Assembly: GCA_044892525.1 (NCBI GenBank)
Contig: CM097886.1
Location: forward strand, 82,770,001-82,834,000
Source: Schmidtea polychroa
Lineage: Eukaryota
Length of the DNA stretch: 64,000 nt
Direction: 5' to 3'
In this document: positions 1-10,966 of the stretch, piece by piece
How positions within the stretch are numbered: position 1 is the stretch's first letter
How the letters are laid out: every line of letters starts with the position of its first letter
Notes under the pieces: generated by a model
The model's input: the letters and a program-made list of their open reading frames with translations, nothing else
The model's database searches: none
What the model was told of the DNA's origin: nothing
Position numbers and translations under genes: made by a program

Positions 1-725
1 TATTTTGATATTAAATAAATAAATAACAATATGATTTATAAAAATTTATTCAGGTTAATTTAAATTACAGAAAAACTTGATTGATAAAAACAACAAATAC
101 TGACTGCGCTTAAGTTAAGATAACGGTTATTCAAACCGCCCTAAAGATTACTTCTAAGAATCAAGGCTGGCCTTAAATGCGCCAACAGCCCGATATAGGT
201 GGAAGGATAAATAAGAGGGATTTCCAAAATTTAATCGCGATACTATTAACCCAGATAGATGGTTAATAGTTTTATTTAAAATAGTCAAAACAGCTACAAA
301 AAGTGTTGGCTGATGACTGTACCCTTTAGATATATTTAAATTTTTAAATATTAATATTTGAATAATTATTATTACCGTAAATAATTAATAGAATAACGAG
401 AATTTCTTAACTCCTGTGAATAGTGATGAACAAATTGAAATAATATAATCCGCAATAGATATCTCTGATCGATAAATATTCTGCTAGTAAAATTCCTATA
501 GAAATTAGAACTATCTTGATTGGTTTCTAAAAATAGCTTTTGATTTAGTTTATTTAATAGTGAGCCTTTTAAAAATATATTCTTTTTCTTTTCCTTTCGT
601 CTCTCCTATTGTTTTTCCCTCCCTTAACTAAAATTTATAATTATATTTATACTACTTTTATTTAACTTATTCTATAAATAGTAATTATTTAACTACTATT
701 TTTACTACATATTTTTATTTAAATA

Positions 726-3044
726 CACCTATCCCCCGATTTACACGGTACTTGTTTTACACGTTTTCGCTTTTACACGGTTTTCCAAATAATTTCTTTT
801 TGTTTTTATCGCACTCTGCTAAATGCTACTGTGTTTGAACACGTGCGCTGTGTACACATCTCACAGGGAATCCCGAGCTTATGTGCTGACTTGCTGCACA
901 TGCACACTGTGTCTGTATTTCTTCGCATAAAATTAAAGTTTTAAAGTTTAAAGTGAGTGCATAATTTAGATTACATATTATAAATTAACATAAATTAAAA
1001 AAAATTATAGGCTTATAATGTCGAAAGAAGTTAAAAGAAAAGTTATTTCTTTAGAAACTAAAATCGAAATTTTGGATCGCTTACGAAAGGGAGATAGAGT
1101 AGTAGATGTTGCAAAATCATATAGCATGAACGAAGCTACAATAAGAACTATTAGAACAAATGAAAATACAATTAGAAAGAGTGTTGCAGCTGGCAATACC
1201 ACGAGTATGGGCACAACATCATACACCAGAAATATCGCAATGGAAAAAATGGAGAAAGCGTTAATGCTTTGGATAGAAGATCAAACACAAAAAAGAGTAC
1301 CCATTGATACGGCCGCTATAACAAATAAAGCAGTACGAATTTACGAAAAAATTGTAGAGCAATTACCATCTTCTTCTTCAACTGAAAAGAAGCCAAATTT
1401 TTTGGCAAGTCATGGCTGGTTTGAAAGATTTAAAATAAGACATTCTTTGCACAGCTTAAAATTAAAAGGTGAACTGGCTTCTGGCGACGTAGATGCAGCC
1501 CAAGAATATCCAGCAAATTTTGGAGAAATTATTAACGACAATTCATACACCTCTGATCAGGTTTTCAATGCTGATGAGTCAGGGTTATTCTGGAAAAAAT
1601 GCCTGAAAGGACTTATGTCTCAAAATTTTATAAATCGGCTAGTGGTCATAAAGCAGCAAAAGATCGCATAACAATTCTTTTCTGTAGCAATGCTTTAGGA
1701 GATTATATTATGAAACCATTAGTAATTAACAAATCAAAAATGCCCCGTGCCTTTAAAGGAGTAAACATCAAAAATCTTCCCGTTTATTGGAGGGCTAATA
1801 AGAAAGCGTGGGTTACTGCTGCAATGTTTACTGAATGGTTTCATGAATGTTTTATCCCAGATGCCAAAAAATATTTAGGTTCAAAGGTATTGCCTTTTAA
1901 AGTGCTTTTGTTAATTGACAATGCGCCGGGTCACCCACAAGATCTAGAATATGAGAACGTTGAAGTAAAATTTTCATTATAAAAATTTCATTATTACAAC
2001 CATTGGACCAAGGCATAATTTCTACTTTTAAAGCTTTGTACAAAAAAAGAGCCTTTACATATAATTTGGAACAAATGGAGAAAAATGAATCTTTAACAGT
2101 TATTAGTGCTTGGAAAAATTTTACAATACTAGACTGTGTGAAGCATATCGCCTTATCATACACTGCGATTAAACAAACAACGCTCAATAGCTGTTGGAAA
2201 AAATTGTGGCCAAATATAGTCAAAAATGAACATTCCATTTCAACGTTAAATGATGAATATTCGCAGATAGTACAGATGGCGCATTCATTGGGCGGAGAAG
2301 GTTTTGATGATTTTACTGATGATGATATCGCAGAGTTAATGGCTGATAAAGAACTAAGTGAGAATGATTTAGTTAACTTAGTTTGCGAAAGTGAGTCTGA
2401 AAAATCTGATGAAGAGGAATTAGTACCAGTAACATTCACTGCTAAAGTCATCCGCGAAGGACTCGCATTGGGAAGAAAGCTGGGTAATCATTTTATACAA
2501 AATGACACAAACGTAGAAAGGGCTTTACGATTCCAACGTGACATAAATCGCTGCTTGGCTCAATATGAAGAAGTTTACAAAGATCTTACAAAAAATTCGA
2601 AGCAATTGTTAATAACCGATTTTATTACCACCTCTCAGAATGTAAATATTTCTGCTTCAAACATCGAATCGGCACAAATAACTTCGAGTGATGAAAATGA
2701 ATTCCAACCTTCGATTCCGAAAAAAAGAATGAGTAATTTCTGATAGTGATGAAGGATAATAAAACACATTTGGTTTTATTTTTTGTTCTTCTGTTTAATG
2801 TATTGTAATTAAATAAAAAAACAGTGTTTCCGTAATATATTACATATTTTAACCTGTCAATGCATTTTATTTTTATTTCTGTGTACACCTAAAAATATTG
2901 AAAAAAATCACAACTGTTAAATTGCAAAATTATGCATTTTCTGCAAGCTTTTCGATTTACACGGTTTTGACTTGAAAATTTTTAATTTTCGATTTACACG
3001 TTTTTCTCAGGAACGTATCTACCGTGTAAATCGGGGGATAGGTG
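726..3044 (+). mobile_element. Tigger/pogo DNA transposon, full length (2319 bp)
   Basis: Perfect 25-bp TIRs CACCTATCCCCCGATTTACACGGTA (726-750 and 3020-3044). TA duplication on both sides (724-725, 3045-3046). Subterminal TTTACACG repeats. Confidence 0.97.
1018..2743 (+). pseudogene. pogo/Tigger transposase (psq-HTH, CENP-B HTH, DDD domain), frameshifted
   Basis: Three consecutive ORFs give FLASHGWFERFK, FNADESGL (D1), LLIDNAPGH (D2) and QPLDQGII (D3). Frameshifts near 1598 (A-run) and 1980. Confidence 0.93.
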
Positions 3045-3530
3045 TACTATTATTATTTAAAATCTAAATCTAGTAATTGTTTATTACTATTACTATTTTG
3101 GTTCTAATATTAGTAATTGTTTTCTATTTTAGGTAATTTTTAAATACTATTTTTAATTTATCTTTGTTTCTTTCCTAACTTGTCTTTATTTCCTTATCTT
3201 GGCTCCTATTGAACCTCAACATGTCTTCCCCTTAACAAGATTTTCGTCCCGAAAATTAAAGCGGTAAGACAAGATAATTTGCAGCCAAAACTAAAAAATA
3301 AAATATAATATATATAATGCAAGCGTAAAAATTTCAAATCACACAATGCTCAATGTTCATATATACACATAAAACAAATGATCACTAAATGTCTAAAAAA
3401 TGTTTAATAAATGTCCAATCAATAGTGTTCACTGAATGAATAGTTGAATGGATCATGATGGCTGTCGAAGATGCTGGTACTTGAAGACGTATAGCAAATA
3501 GCTAGGTCCATTGATTACATAGCAGAATTG

Positions 3531-4055
3531 CTAATATTTCCTTCTCTGCAGGACCTTGGCATTTTCATTCCGGATTCTTTGTTCTACGATGTCCGGCCTG
3601 TAACTAACCACCAACGTCTCCCGTGTACTTACTTCTTTGTACATGATTGATGAGATGATATAAGAGCCCTCATTAGCGTCCAATACTCCGCAATCGGGGA
3701 AATTGGACACGGCTACTTCATGAATTGGGCCCCCGTCGTATTCCTTGACATGCGGTTTCCATTTACTATCGGGTCTTTGCCACCAACTGGGGTCTTCTCT
3801 GTCGGCATCTTCTCGTATTTTAATTGAATTGAGTTTGCCAATGAATTTGTCTTCTTTCACGACAATAGGCTCCCCTGCAACCATGGGTTCGACCTTTGTT
3901 GTCAATATCTTGGTCAAGGCTGGATCTGGTGGCTGATAGTGAGTTTCTAAGAGATCGTCATCCTCATCCTGGATTGATATCCAAAGCATTTTCTTTTTGG
4001 TACTCTTGGGATCTCCTTTTTTCTCTTTGTAGAGGTAGGAACGTTTTTCTCTTTG
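3531..4055 (-). pseudogene. C-terminal part of accessory ORF of LTR element copy A (homolog of 60647-62809)
   Basis: The 152-aa ORF aligns with the last ~150 aa of the 720-aa ORF, about 21 differences in 149 residues by eye. Homology continues through a frameshift to KEKNVPTSTKRK and stops at 4055. Confidence 0.92.
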
Positions 4056-4536
4056 CTATGCAAAGCTTGGTTTTACCTACCGCTCCAAAGAGAAGGTCGG
4101 GTCCTGGCGGATGAGCTTCAACCTCAAAGCGGTCATAGCATAACTGGTTAGGTTTTTAATCGAAGTATTGTCTTCTGTGTTCCCATGGGGGATCATCAGT
4201 CATCACTACGCTGGTGGCCAAGGATTTGAGCACTATTATGTAGTGCTTCACGGAAATATCAGAGATAAAACCGCTCAATGAATTGATATTAGCGAGTTAT
4301 CAAGCCATTTACATGTTTGTTATGTGTCAGTTGGTTATTTATGCCTCTGACTACATTTATTCTTGCTATTTTTAGTCTACCCTAAAAGACCCATTTCTGA
4401 TCCGGGGTCCGTTAGGGTACTTGCCCTAATAAGCACTCTGTGCCATTAGATGCATTTAGGTTTATTATTTTTTGTTTCATGGTCCTAAGCCCTTCTCCTG
4501 TGTCACAGTCAGTATGTTATCATTAGTATAATATAG

Positions 4537-4688
4537 NNNNNNNNNNNNNNNNNNNNNNNNNNNNNNNNNNNNNNNNNNNNNNNNNNNNNNNNNNNNNNNN
4601 NNNNNNNNNNNNNNNNNNNNNNNNNNNNNNNNNNNNNNNNNNNNNNNNNNNNNNNNNNNNNNNNNNNNNNNNNNNNNNNNNNNNNNNN
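4537..4688. other. Assembly gap (152 N)
   Basis: Run of N. Confidence 1.
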
Positions 4689-4741
4689 CTCTGCTTCACT
4701 GAGATCATGGTGGTTAGAATGGGTTTATGTTGTTATGTATC

Positions 4742-7700
4742 TTATTGTGTGTTTGATAATGTTTTACTTATATTTGTTATGTGATCCATGTATAGTGCAA
4801 AGCTGGCAGCCACTGCAGTTTTCATACATAGCTTGGCTATTGCTTTGATTTCACTGTTGTTTAGTCCTATCTTGGTAAGTGCTGTGTCATTATTTTTGTC
4901 CCAGGAGCCTAGAGTGCCGACAACTAGTGCATCCAATGTAGTTTTGCAGTCATTCTTTTTCCCTGTTTCAATTGCTAATGTTCTGTATTTTTTGTAGTTG
5001 TCTTCCCTGGCAATTTTGAAGTTTTCCTCACGGTCGTAGGGTACCTTAATGTCAAGTATGTGAATTTTGTTATTTCTTTTTGTTTTGATGATGAGGTCGG
5101 GTCTTAGCCTTGTGTCTATTCCGGGAGGTGGGCGTTCTACGTCAACTTGGAAACCTTTTGAAATGAGATACCCGCTAACTTTATCCATGACTTTATTGTG
5201 TTTGTTTCTCCTAGCATTTGTTGTTTTGAGGCAGTGATTGAAGATGTGTGCTTGTGTTTCTGGTTCAGCATTACAGAGCCTACATTTTGTGTTCATATTT
5301 TCTTTCATTCTGTATGCGCTATAGTTGAGGCTTATCATATTGTTTCGTGCTTTAATGAGGAATATGTATTGTTTATCTGTCAGGGTATGTGATTTGATTA
5401 GGTGTGCTGATTGTCTATTTGCGCCTATGGTTCTAGAAATGTATCCTTGACATGTCATCTGGTACCATTGATCCGCATACCATTCACTTGTGATTTCATG
5501 TAGTTTGGCAGAGGTTTCTGTGAGGTTTGTTTCGTTAATATATATGGTGTAGTCTTTTGTTTTAAGGAGTAGTATGTATTTGTTGTTGTCAAGTGTGAGT
5601 GTGATTTTGATGCCGAATTTTTCATTCATCCTTTTTATGGCAGACCAAAATTTGCCAAATATGGTTGCTGGTCCACTTATGTCACCTTTAATGTCTGCGT
5701 TAATCCATCGTAGTGTTTGGTGTATATCTATTGTAGTGTGTTTAAGTCGTATTTTGGCTACTGCTATCATTTGCTTGATAATGAATTCCCTCATGCTAGT
5801 ATCTCGTGTGTGTAGTATTTTGATGATGTGTGTGATGCCTTGTATCATGTATTCATCTATACTTGGCACTATGCCAAGACCTCCGAGTTTACAATGTGCA
5901 TAAAAGAAGTTGTTATTAATGTTCTGGTGTATATCATCTAGTGTGTCTTTTAATATTCTCTTTATTTTTTGGTCATATCCTAATTGTTTGGGTCTATTTT
6001 GTACTACCTTGTTTCTGTTGCTATCAAGAATCATGTTGTTAATTGTGCAGTTTCTGAAGGGAAATATTAGTCTAGAGTGTATGAAAGTCTTGTATGCTTG
6101 AAGTTTTTGTGCTGGGTGTAGGTCAGAGGTCATTATTTTTGTCGTGTCATCAATCGCTTTTATGAGTGTGTTGTCAATGTCATGTTTGCCTTTCTGGCCG
6201 AAGTCAACTCCCAGGTATTTATATATGTTGTCGTGATCAATGATGGGTATTTCTTCATTGTATATAGTTAGGGGTATCTCTTTGTGGTTTCGTTGTAGTT
6301 GGAAGTAGCCGCACTTAGAGGGTCTGAATTTAAGGTGTGATATGTCAGCAAGTTCAACTATAGTTCGTAACATGTTACCTATTTCTTGCCGTGTGTTGGA
6401 GATCATGACAATGTCATCTGCATATGCCATTATGCTTATATTGTGTCCATCTATAATAAGTGGGTGTTGTTTGAGGATTTTCTGGAGGATATAGTCAATG
6501 GAGAGGCTGAACAGAGTCATAGACATTGGGCAGCCTTGCTTGACTCCATTGTTTATCCGTATCTCCCTTGATCGTCGGTCCTCGCATTCGTATATTGAGT
6601 AGCAGTCAGTATACATTTCTTTAATAAGGTTGATTGTTTTTACCTTCAGTTTCAGTCTCGACAGGGTATGCGAAATAAGGTCATGCGGAAGGCTACCAAA
6701 AGCATCTGCAAGGTCCAGCCAGATGATATTAATATCCGTCCCATTTCTCACTGCACATTCCTTGGCGAGACTGATAACTGTGTTATGTTCAACGCATCCA
6801 TCCGGAGTACCCACCGCTTTCTGGTTAGTGCTCAACAAGTGTCCTATCTGAATCCACGAGAGAAGTCTATCATTCATGATAGAGGCAAAGGTGCGATAGG
6901 CTGAGTGCAGTATAGCAAGTGGTCTCCAGGATGATACTTCGTGCGGTGATTGCTCTTTGCCTGGTTTAAGGATGAGTTTCGTTCTAAAGGTTTTCCAGGT
7001 TTTGGGGCTATGTCCATTGCGTAGTATGTTGTTAAAAAGTGCAAGTCTAAATTTGTTTTTTGGGTCTATCATTTTCCACTCTTTGTATGTGATTTTGTCA
7101 CTACCAGGGGCTGATGTGCTGTCAAGTTTGAGTATGGATTCGTTGAGTTCTGTGTCTGTTATGGGTTTATCTGATATAAGGTCAATGTATGAGGGTTGTG
7201 TATCTGATGTACTATATTTAGTTATGTGTTTTGTTGTGGTTTGGAAGTTTTTGTAGATGTCGTCGTCTGTCGGTGTGGTCGATGTGTTTTCATTTTCGTT
7301 GAGTATTTTTTCGAGTGTTGCTTTTGGTCTTCTATCAAAGTCAAGTTGTAGTTCAAATACTAAGCGCTTAGTGTCTTTTGTGTTGAGGATATTTGTTGGT
7401 ATTGTTTTATTTTTGTATTTGTTGGGGTATATGGCTTCGTGTATTTTGGCGATTTCTTGGAGGCTCTCATCAATATCAACAGTATTATTGTCAAGCTGAG
7501 TGATTATGTCGTCTATGAATGTAGTATATCTGGTCACGTCATCAGTTGCTTTCCTTCTATATATTAATAGTTTTAATATTTTGTTAAGGTCAGTGCGTAT
7601 GTTTTGTATGTTGGGGAGTGTGATGCATCTGTTGGAGGCTAGGCATTTGGTAAAGTGGCATATGTAATATCCTGATTGCTTTGTTTCATTGCATCTTGGA

Positions 7701-8032
7701 TATGTTAGTTCTTGTAGGGTGAAATCATTTGTGGTTATTATGTTTTGGAGGTTGGTCAGTATGTTGAGTATAGTTGTTGCTGTGTTGTAATGTTTCATGG
7801 TGCTAATTTGGCAGGTGGGGTCAATAATTGTAGCAAGGTTGCGTTTTTTATTAATGTAAAAGAGTATCCAGAGGTTCTTTTCGATGTTTATGGGCCAAAT
7901 TAGGTCTGTCCATGCAGGATATTTGTGAAATGGGAAGGCAGAGAAAAAGGTTTGGTAGTGTTTTTCAATGCATGCAAGTCCTATAAAGCTATCTATGTAT
8001 ATAGTGTTTTCAGTAGTTGCATGTGTTAGCAT
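4742..8032 (-). CDS. Reverse transcriptase plus CCHC and PD-(D/E)xK endonuclease (uninterrupted 1096-aa part of the retrotransposon ORF)
   Basis: RT motifs SAPGSDKI, WRPLAI, WLDLADAFGSLPH, GVKQGCPMS, YADD and YKYLG. Zinc knuckle CRLCNAEPETQAHIFNHC. REL motifs RHNKV, RPDLII, DIKVPYD and LVVGTLG. Confidence 0.95.
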   Translation of the reverse strand: MLTHATTENTIYIDSFIGLACIEKHYQTFFSAFPFHKYPAWTDLIWPINIEKNLWILFYINKKRNLATIIDPTCQISTMKHYNTATTILNILTNLQNIITTNDFTLQELTYPRCNETKQSGYYICHFTKCLASNRCITLPNIQNIRTDLNKILKLLIYRRKATDDVTRYTTFIDDIITQLDNNTVDIDESLQEIAKIHEAIYPNKYKNKTIPTNILNTKDTKRLVFELQLDFDRRPKATLEKILNENENTSTTPTDDDIYKNFQTTTKHITKYSTSDTQPSYIDLISDKPITDTELNESILKLDSTSAPGSDKITYKEWKMIDPKNKFRLALFNNILRNGHSPKTWKTFRTKLILKPGKEQSPHEVSSWRPLAILHSAYRTFASIMNDRLLSWIQIGHLLSTNQKAVGTPDGCVEHNTVISLAKECAVRNGTDINIIWLDLADAFGSLPHDLISHTLSRLKLKVKTINLIKEMYTDCYSIYECEDRRSREIRINNGVKQGCPMSMTLFSLSIDYILQKILKQHPLIIDGHNISIMAYADDIVMISNTRQEIGNMLRTIVELADISHLKFRPSKCGYFQLQRNHKEIPLTIYNEEIPIIDHDNIYKYLGVDFGQKGKHDIDNTLIKAIDDTTKIMTSDLHPAQKLQAYKTFIHSRLIFPFRNCTINNMILDSNRNKVVQNRPKQLGYDQKIKRILKDTLDDIHQNINNNFFYAHCKLGGLGIVPSIDEYMIQGITHIIKILHTRDTSMREFIIKQMIAVAKIRLKHTTIDIHQTLRWINADIKGDISGPATIFGKFWSAIKRMNEKFGIKITLTLDNNKYILLLKTKDYTIYINETNLTETSAKLHEITSEWYADQWYQMTCQGYISRTIGANRQSAHLIKSHTLTDKQYIFLIKARNNMISLNYSAYRMKENMNTKCRLCNAEPETQAHIFNHCLKTTNARRNKHNKVMDKVSGYLISKGFQVDVERPPPGIDTRLRPDLIIKTKRNNKIHILDIKVPYDREENFKIAREDNYKKYRTLAIETGKKNDCKTTLDALVVGTLGSWDKNNDTALTKIGLNNSEIKAIAKLCMKTAVAASFALYMDHITNISKTLSNTQ

Positions 8033-9818
8033 GTATGCGGAGATCTGGTGTTGGTTTAGTCAATCTGAGTCTATATCTTTGGAGGTTACTGGAATGTTTG
8101 TGGGGGGCTCATTGTTTATTTCAGTGGGTTCAAGTATTCCCATGTGTGATTGGTGGTGTTGTTTCATGTTATCGAAGCTTATTGTTTCACCGCAGTGGCA
8201 TTTGATGTTTGTGGTCTGGTCAAATACTTTACTTTTGTGTTTTGCAGAGATGTGTTTGAGTATGTCAGTGACGGTGGTCTTCACAGTCATATGTATATCA
8301 CAGGGGTTTTTCTTACATATGTATGTGCACAGTAGTGTTCCCTCTTCATTGAGCTCTAGTGTGAGGATTCTCCTTTTGTCATTATATTGTTCTCTAGTGC
8401 CCGGGATTTGTTTTTCAGGGTGATAATCAAGCCAGTGTTCTTCAATATTTGTGAGAAGGAATTTGGTTTGGTTCTGTCCTTTTTTCCTCTGTCTTTGGCA
8501 TATTAGGCATGCATGCTTTTCATATGTTCATGTTGCTTGTCTTCCATCAGTGGGCCAATTTTGCCGTGTTTGCAGTTTTTCATCCTACATTTTAGGTAGC
8601 CTTCACTACCAAGTTTAAATAGTGCCTGTTTTTTGAGCGTGAATGGGGAGTCAATCGTAGTGAGGTTTTGTGTTACTGGTTGTTCGTTGGTGTTGAGTAG
8701 GTTATATAGTGGATTGGGTGTATTGGTGGATGATTCTGAGGTTTGTGTATCTGGTGCTGGTGGCGTTTTCATTATGTCTTTAACGATTGCAAAGTCTTTT
8801 ATGTGGAGGACATCTAGTGCATGATACATGTTAAAGGGGTCGTTGAGGTCAACTGGAGTTATGTTTTCTATTGGTGAAAAAAGGGAGCCGCTGGAAGATG
8901 TTGTTCTTTTTATTGTTTGTTCTTGTTGGGTGGTGTTGGTTTGTACATATTGTGATGGTGTTTGTTGAGTTGGGGTCTCATCGATGTCTACGTTGTAATT
9001 CACATGGACTTGTCGTTCTATTTCTGTGATGTATCCATCATAGTCATCTTCCGATTGGGAATAATTTGATTCATTGTCTGAGGGTTCAGGTTGATGAAAT
9101 TGTGGAGGTATGTTTAGGTCATCATCCTTGGGTGTGAGAGTTAAGTGTACATCATCAATGTCGTGAGGGAGTTGGGAGGATGCTGCTGTATTGTGTGTGA
9201 GTAGTTGTTGTTGCAATTTTGTCATTTGTGAGATTAGGAGCGTTAATGTTTTGTGAGTATTAGCTTGTTCATGTTGTTGTATTATGTTTTGTTGCAGGTT
9301 TTTTGTGGTTGTTTCATGTTTTTTGGAGATTTCGTGATTGTTACAGTTGATTATTCTGTGGATTTCTTGTATGAGATGTTTATCCCTTTTATTGTGGGTG
9401 ATATATTTGCATCCTTATTTGGGGACGAGTGTATTGGGGTTTCGATATTATTATTGCATGTATTTAATGGAGTATTGCAAGTGGATGGTTTAGCTGTTGA
9501 TTGTATTGTGTTTGATTGGTTAGCTTTGATTGGGGAAGATTGAGTTTCTATGTGTTTGGTAGGGGAGGAGATGTAATGAGGTTGTGGGACACTAGTGGTA
9601 CTGTTAGTGGTGGACGTAGGAATGTTGTAGTTGGACGGTGCAGGTGGGTTTGCGTCTGTTATATTATTTACATTTGGGTCATTACTTATGGTGGCTAAGG
9701 CGTAAAATTTGTTATTCGTGAGTCTAGGTGAGGTTTCATATTTGTCGTTTTTGTTGGCTGGTGTTTTGGATAATGTATGGTCATTATTATTAGATATGGG
9801 TAGTGTGGGTACATTCAT
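8033..9818 (-). pseudogene. N-terminal part of the same retrotransposon ORF: T/N/P-rich region and four C2H2-like fingers
   Basis: CRMKNC..HEHMK, CLIC..HWLDYH, CKKNPC..HISAKH and CHC..HHQSH. An in-frame TGA at 8060-8062 (probably W of WLNQHQI) and frameshifts near 8520 and 9350 separate the listed ORFs. Confidence 0.8.
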
Positions 9819-10966
9819 TGTAGCGAAAAATTTTGGACATCATTGTTTTTCAAAAAAGGGAGTTGTTTAGGTAGTTTAAACAAATTTCCAATTTTGTATT
9901 TAAAATTAATTAAATTATTATCAAATTTTAATTTAAAATCAGAGAATTCCTTTTCGATTTGATTCAAATTATAATTCAATGTATTAATTTTTTCATCATT
10001 ATTACTTATAACTTTATTATTAAATTTGTTATTAGAGTTTTTATAGTTTTTAAAATTATTAGATTTATAATTTTCATTATTATTAGATTCATAGTAATTA
10101 AAATTCTTATTATTATCATATTCATTATTATTAACATTTTTATTATAATTATGTTGTTTAAATACTTTATAATTATCTTTATTAATTAATTCAAATTTAT
10201 TTTCGCCATTTTTGGCAAAGCGTTTATCGCCAAAACAAATATATTCATCAGGACAGTAGTATTTTTTACTATTGTCAAGATGAATATTACATTCATCATT
10301 ATATTCCATTTTATTATGTAGACTGTATTTTCTAATACAGTCTTCATTAATTCGCTCCTCATGGGCATTATTTTTATTAATTCCATTTATTAATCTTTCT
10401 TTATAGGAAGGTGGATTTATTTTTAAAGATGCTCTACTTTCGTCGTATTGGGCTGAAGATGGATGTTCAAGAAGGTAGGTATTGGCATAAGTTTGGTTAT
10501 TATTATTTATTTTTGCTATTATTATCGCATTTAGTTCATTAATTTTCATTGTTTCGTCACAATTAGGCAGATCAGGATTATGAAGATAGTATGCCTTTTT
10601 ATTTATCGGATGGCTATTCATGTAAGGATTATTTTTATTTTCATTATTATAGTCTTTAGAGCAAGTGTTATTTTCAGCAGGCAAACTAGAAGAAGAAAAG
10701 CCATAGACTGTTTTCCTTACAATTATTTTGGTATTTGTCCTCCTGGGCAAAGTAATCGCCCTCTGGTCCATATCAGTCGCTCTCTTCATATTTCCATTCA
10801 GGGTTTGTTCCACGTACAGCGCTGTGTTCGAGTATTTCTGTATTAGCTGCGTCCGGATCCGGTTCCAGCATTGTGTGAGATCAGCTGCGCTATTCGTCTT
10901 TCCTGAATTAAAAAATACAATTAGTTTTTCGCAGTCACGGACAATTTCTGGCCAAGTGCTATGAAT
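9815..10966 (-). CDS. Open frame of ~385 codons: alpha/beta (possibly SGNH-like) segment followed by an Asn-rich region; candidate ORF1 of the non-LTR element
   Basis: The listed 332-aa ORF extends upstream in frame (NIHSTWPEIVRDCEKLIVFFNSGKTNSAADLTQCWNRIRTQLIQKYSNTALYV) to the junction at 10967. Its TGA overlaps the ATG at 9818. Confidence 0.5.
   Translation of the reverse strand: MHSTWPEIVRDCEKLIVFFNSGKTNSAADLTQCWNRIRTQLIQKYSNTALYVEQTLNGNMKRATDMDQRAITLPRRTNTKIIVRKTVYGFSSSSLPAENNTCSKDYNNENKNNPYMNSHPINKKAYYLHNPDLPNCDETMKINELNAIIIAKINNNNQTYANTYLLEHPSSAQYDESRASLKINPPSYKERLINGINKNNAHEERINEDCIRKYSLHNKMEYNDECNIHLDNSKKYYCPDEYICFGDKRFAKNGENKFELINKDNYKVFKQHNYNKNVNNNEYDNNKNFNYYESNNNENYKSNNFKNYKNSNNKFNNKVISNNDEKINTLNYNLNQIEKEFSDFKLKFDNNLINFKYKIGNLFKLPKQLPFLKNNDVQNFSLQ

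Larger units (their letters stand above)
1..3221 (-). mobile_element. 3' LTR of large LTR retroelement, copy A (interrupted by Tigger, runs off window start)
   Basis: Minus strand reads AGGGGAAGACA|TGTTGAGG at 3221, a purine tract followed by TG, the same junction as copy B at 60336. Bases 130-270 (tcaaggctggcc-taaatgcgccaacagcccgatata) are homologous to 59570-59700. Confidence 0.7.
4056..9818 (-). mobile_element. Non-LTR retrotransposon with RT and restriction-like endonuclease (NeSL/R5-like clade); 5' end may extend to 10966
   Basis: Coding region 9818-4742, CA-rich on the sense strand. Presumed 3' UTR spans the N gap down to somewhere between 4280 and 4056. Architecture is zinc fingers, Ulp1-like segment, RT, CCHC, REL. 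Confidence 0.88.

Noticed and set aside
1005-2888. Minus-strand ORFs 1005-1226, 1897-2451 and 2625-2888
   Set aside because: Antisense shadows of the Tigger transposase or its end; no motifs.
4170-4200. CTGATGA followed by a hairpin on the minus strand, resembling a hammerhead ribozyme
   Set aside because: No GAAA core after stem II and no matching stems I/III.
4205-4260. GGTGGCCAAGG resembling a tRNA D-arm
   Set aside because: No T-loop or acceptor stem.
4788-9698. Numerous plus-strand ORFs rich in V, L, M, F and S
   Set aside because: Antisense shadows of the CA-rich retrotransposon frame.
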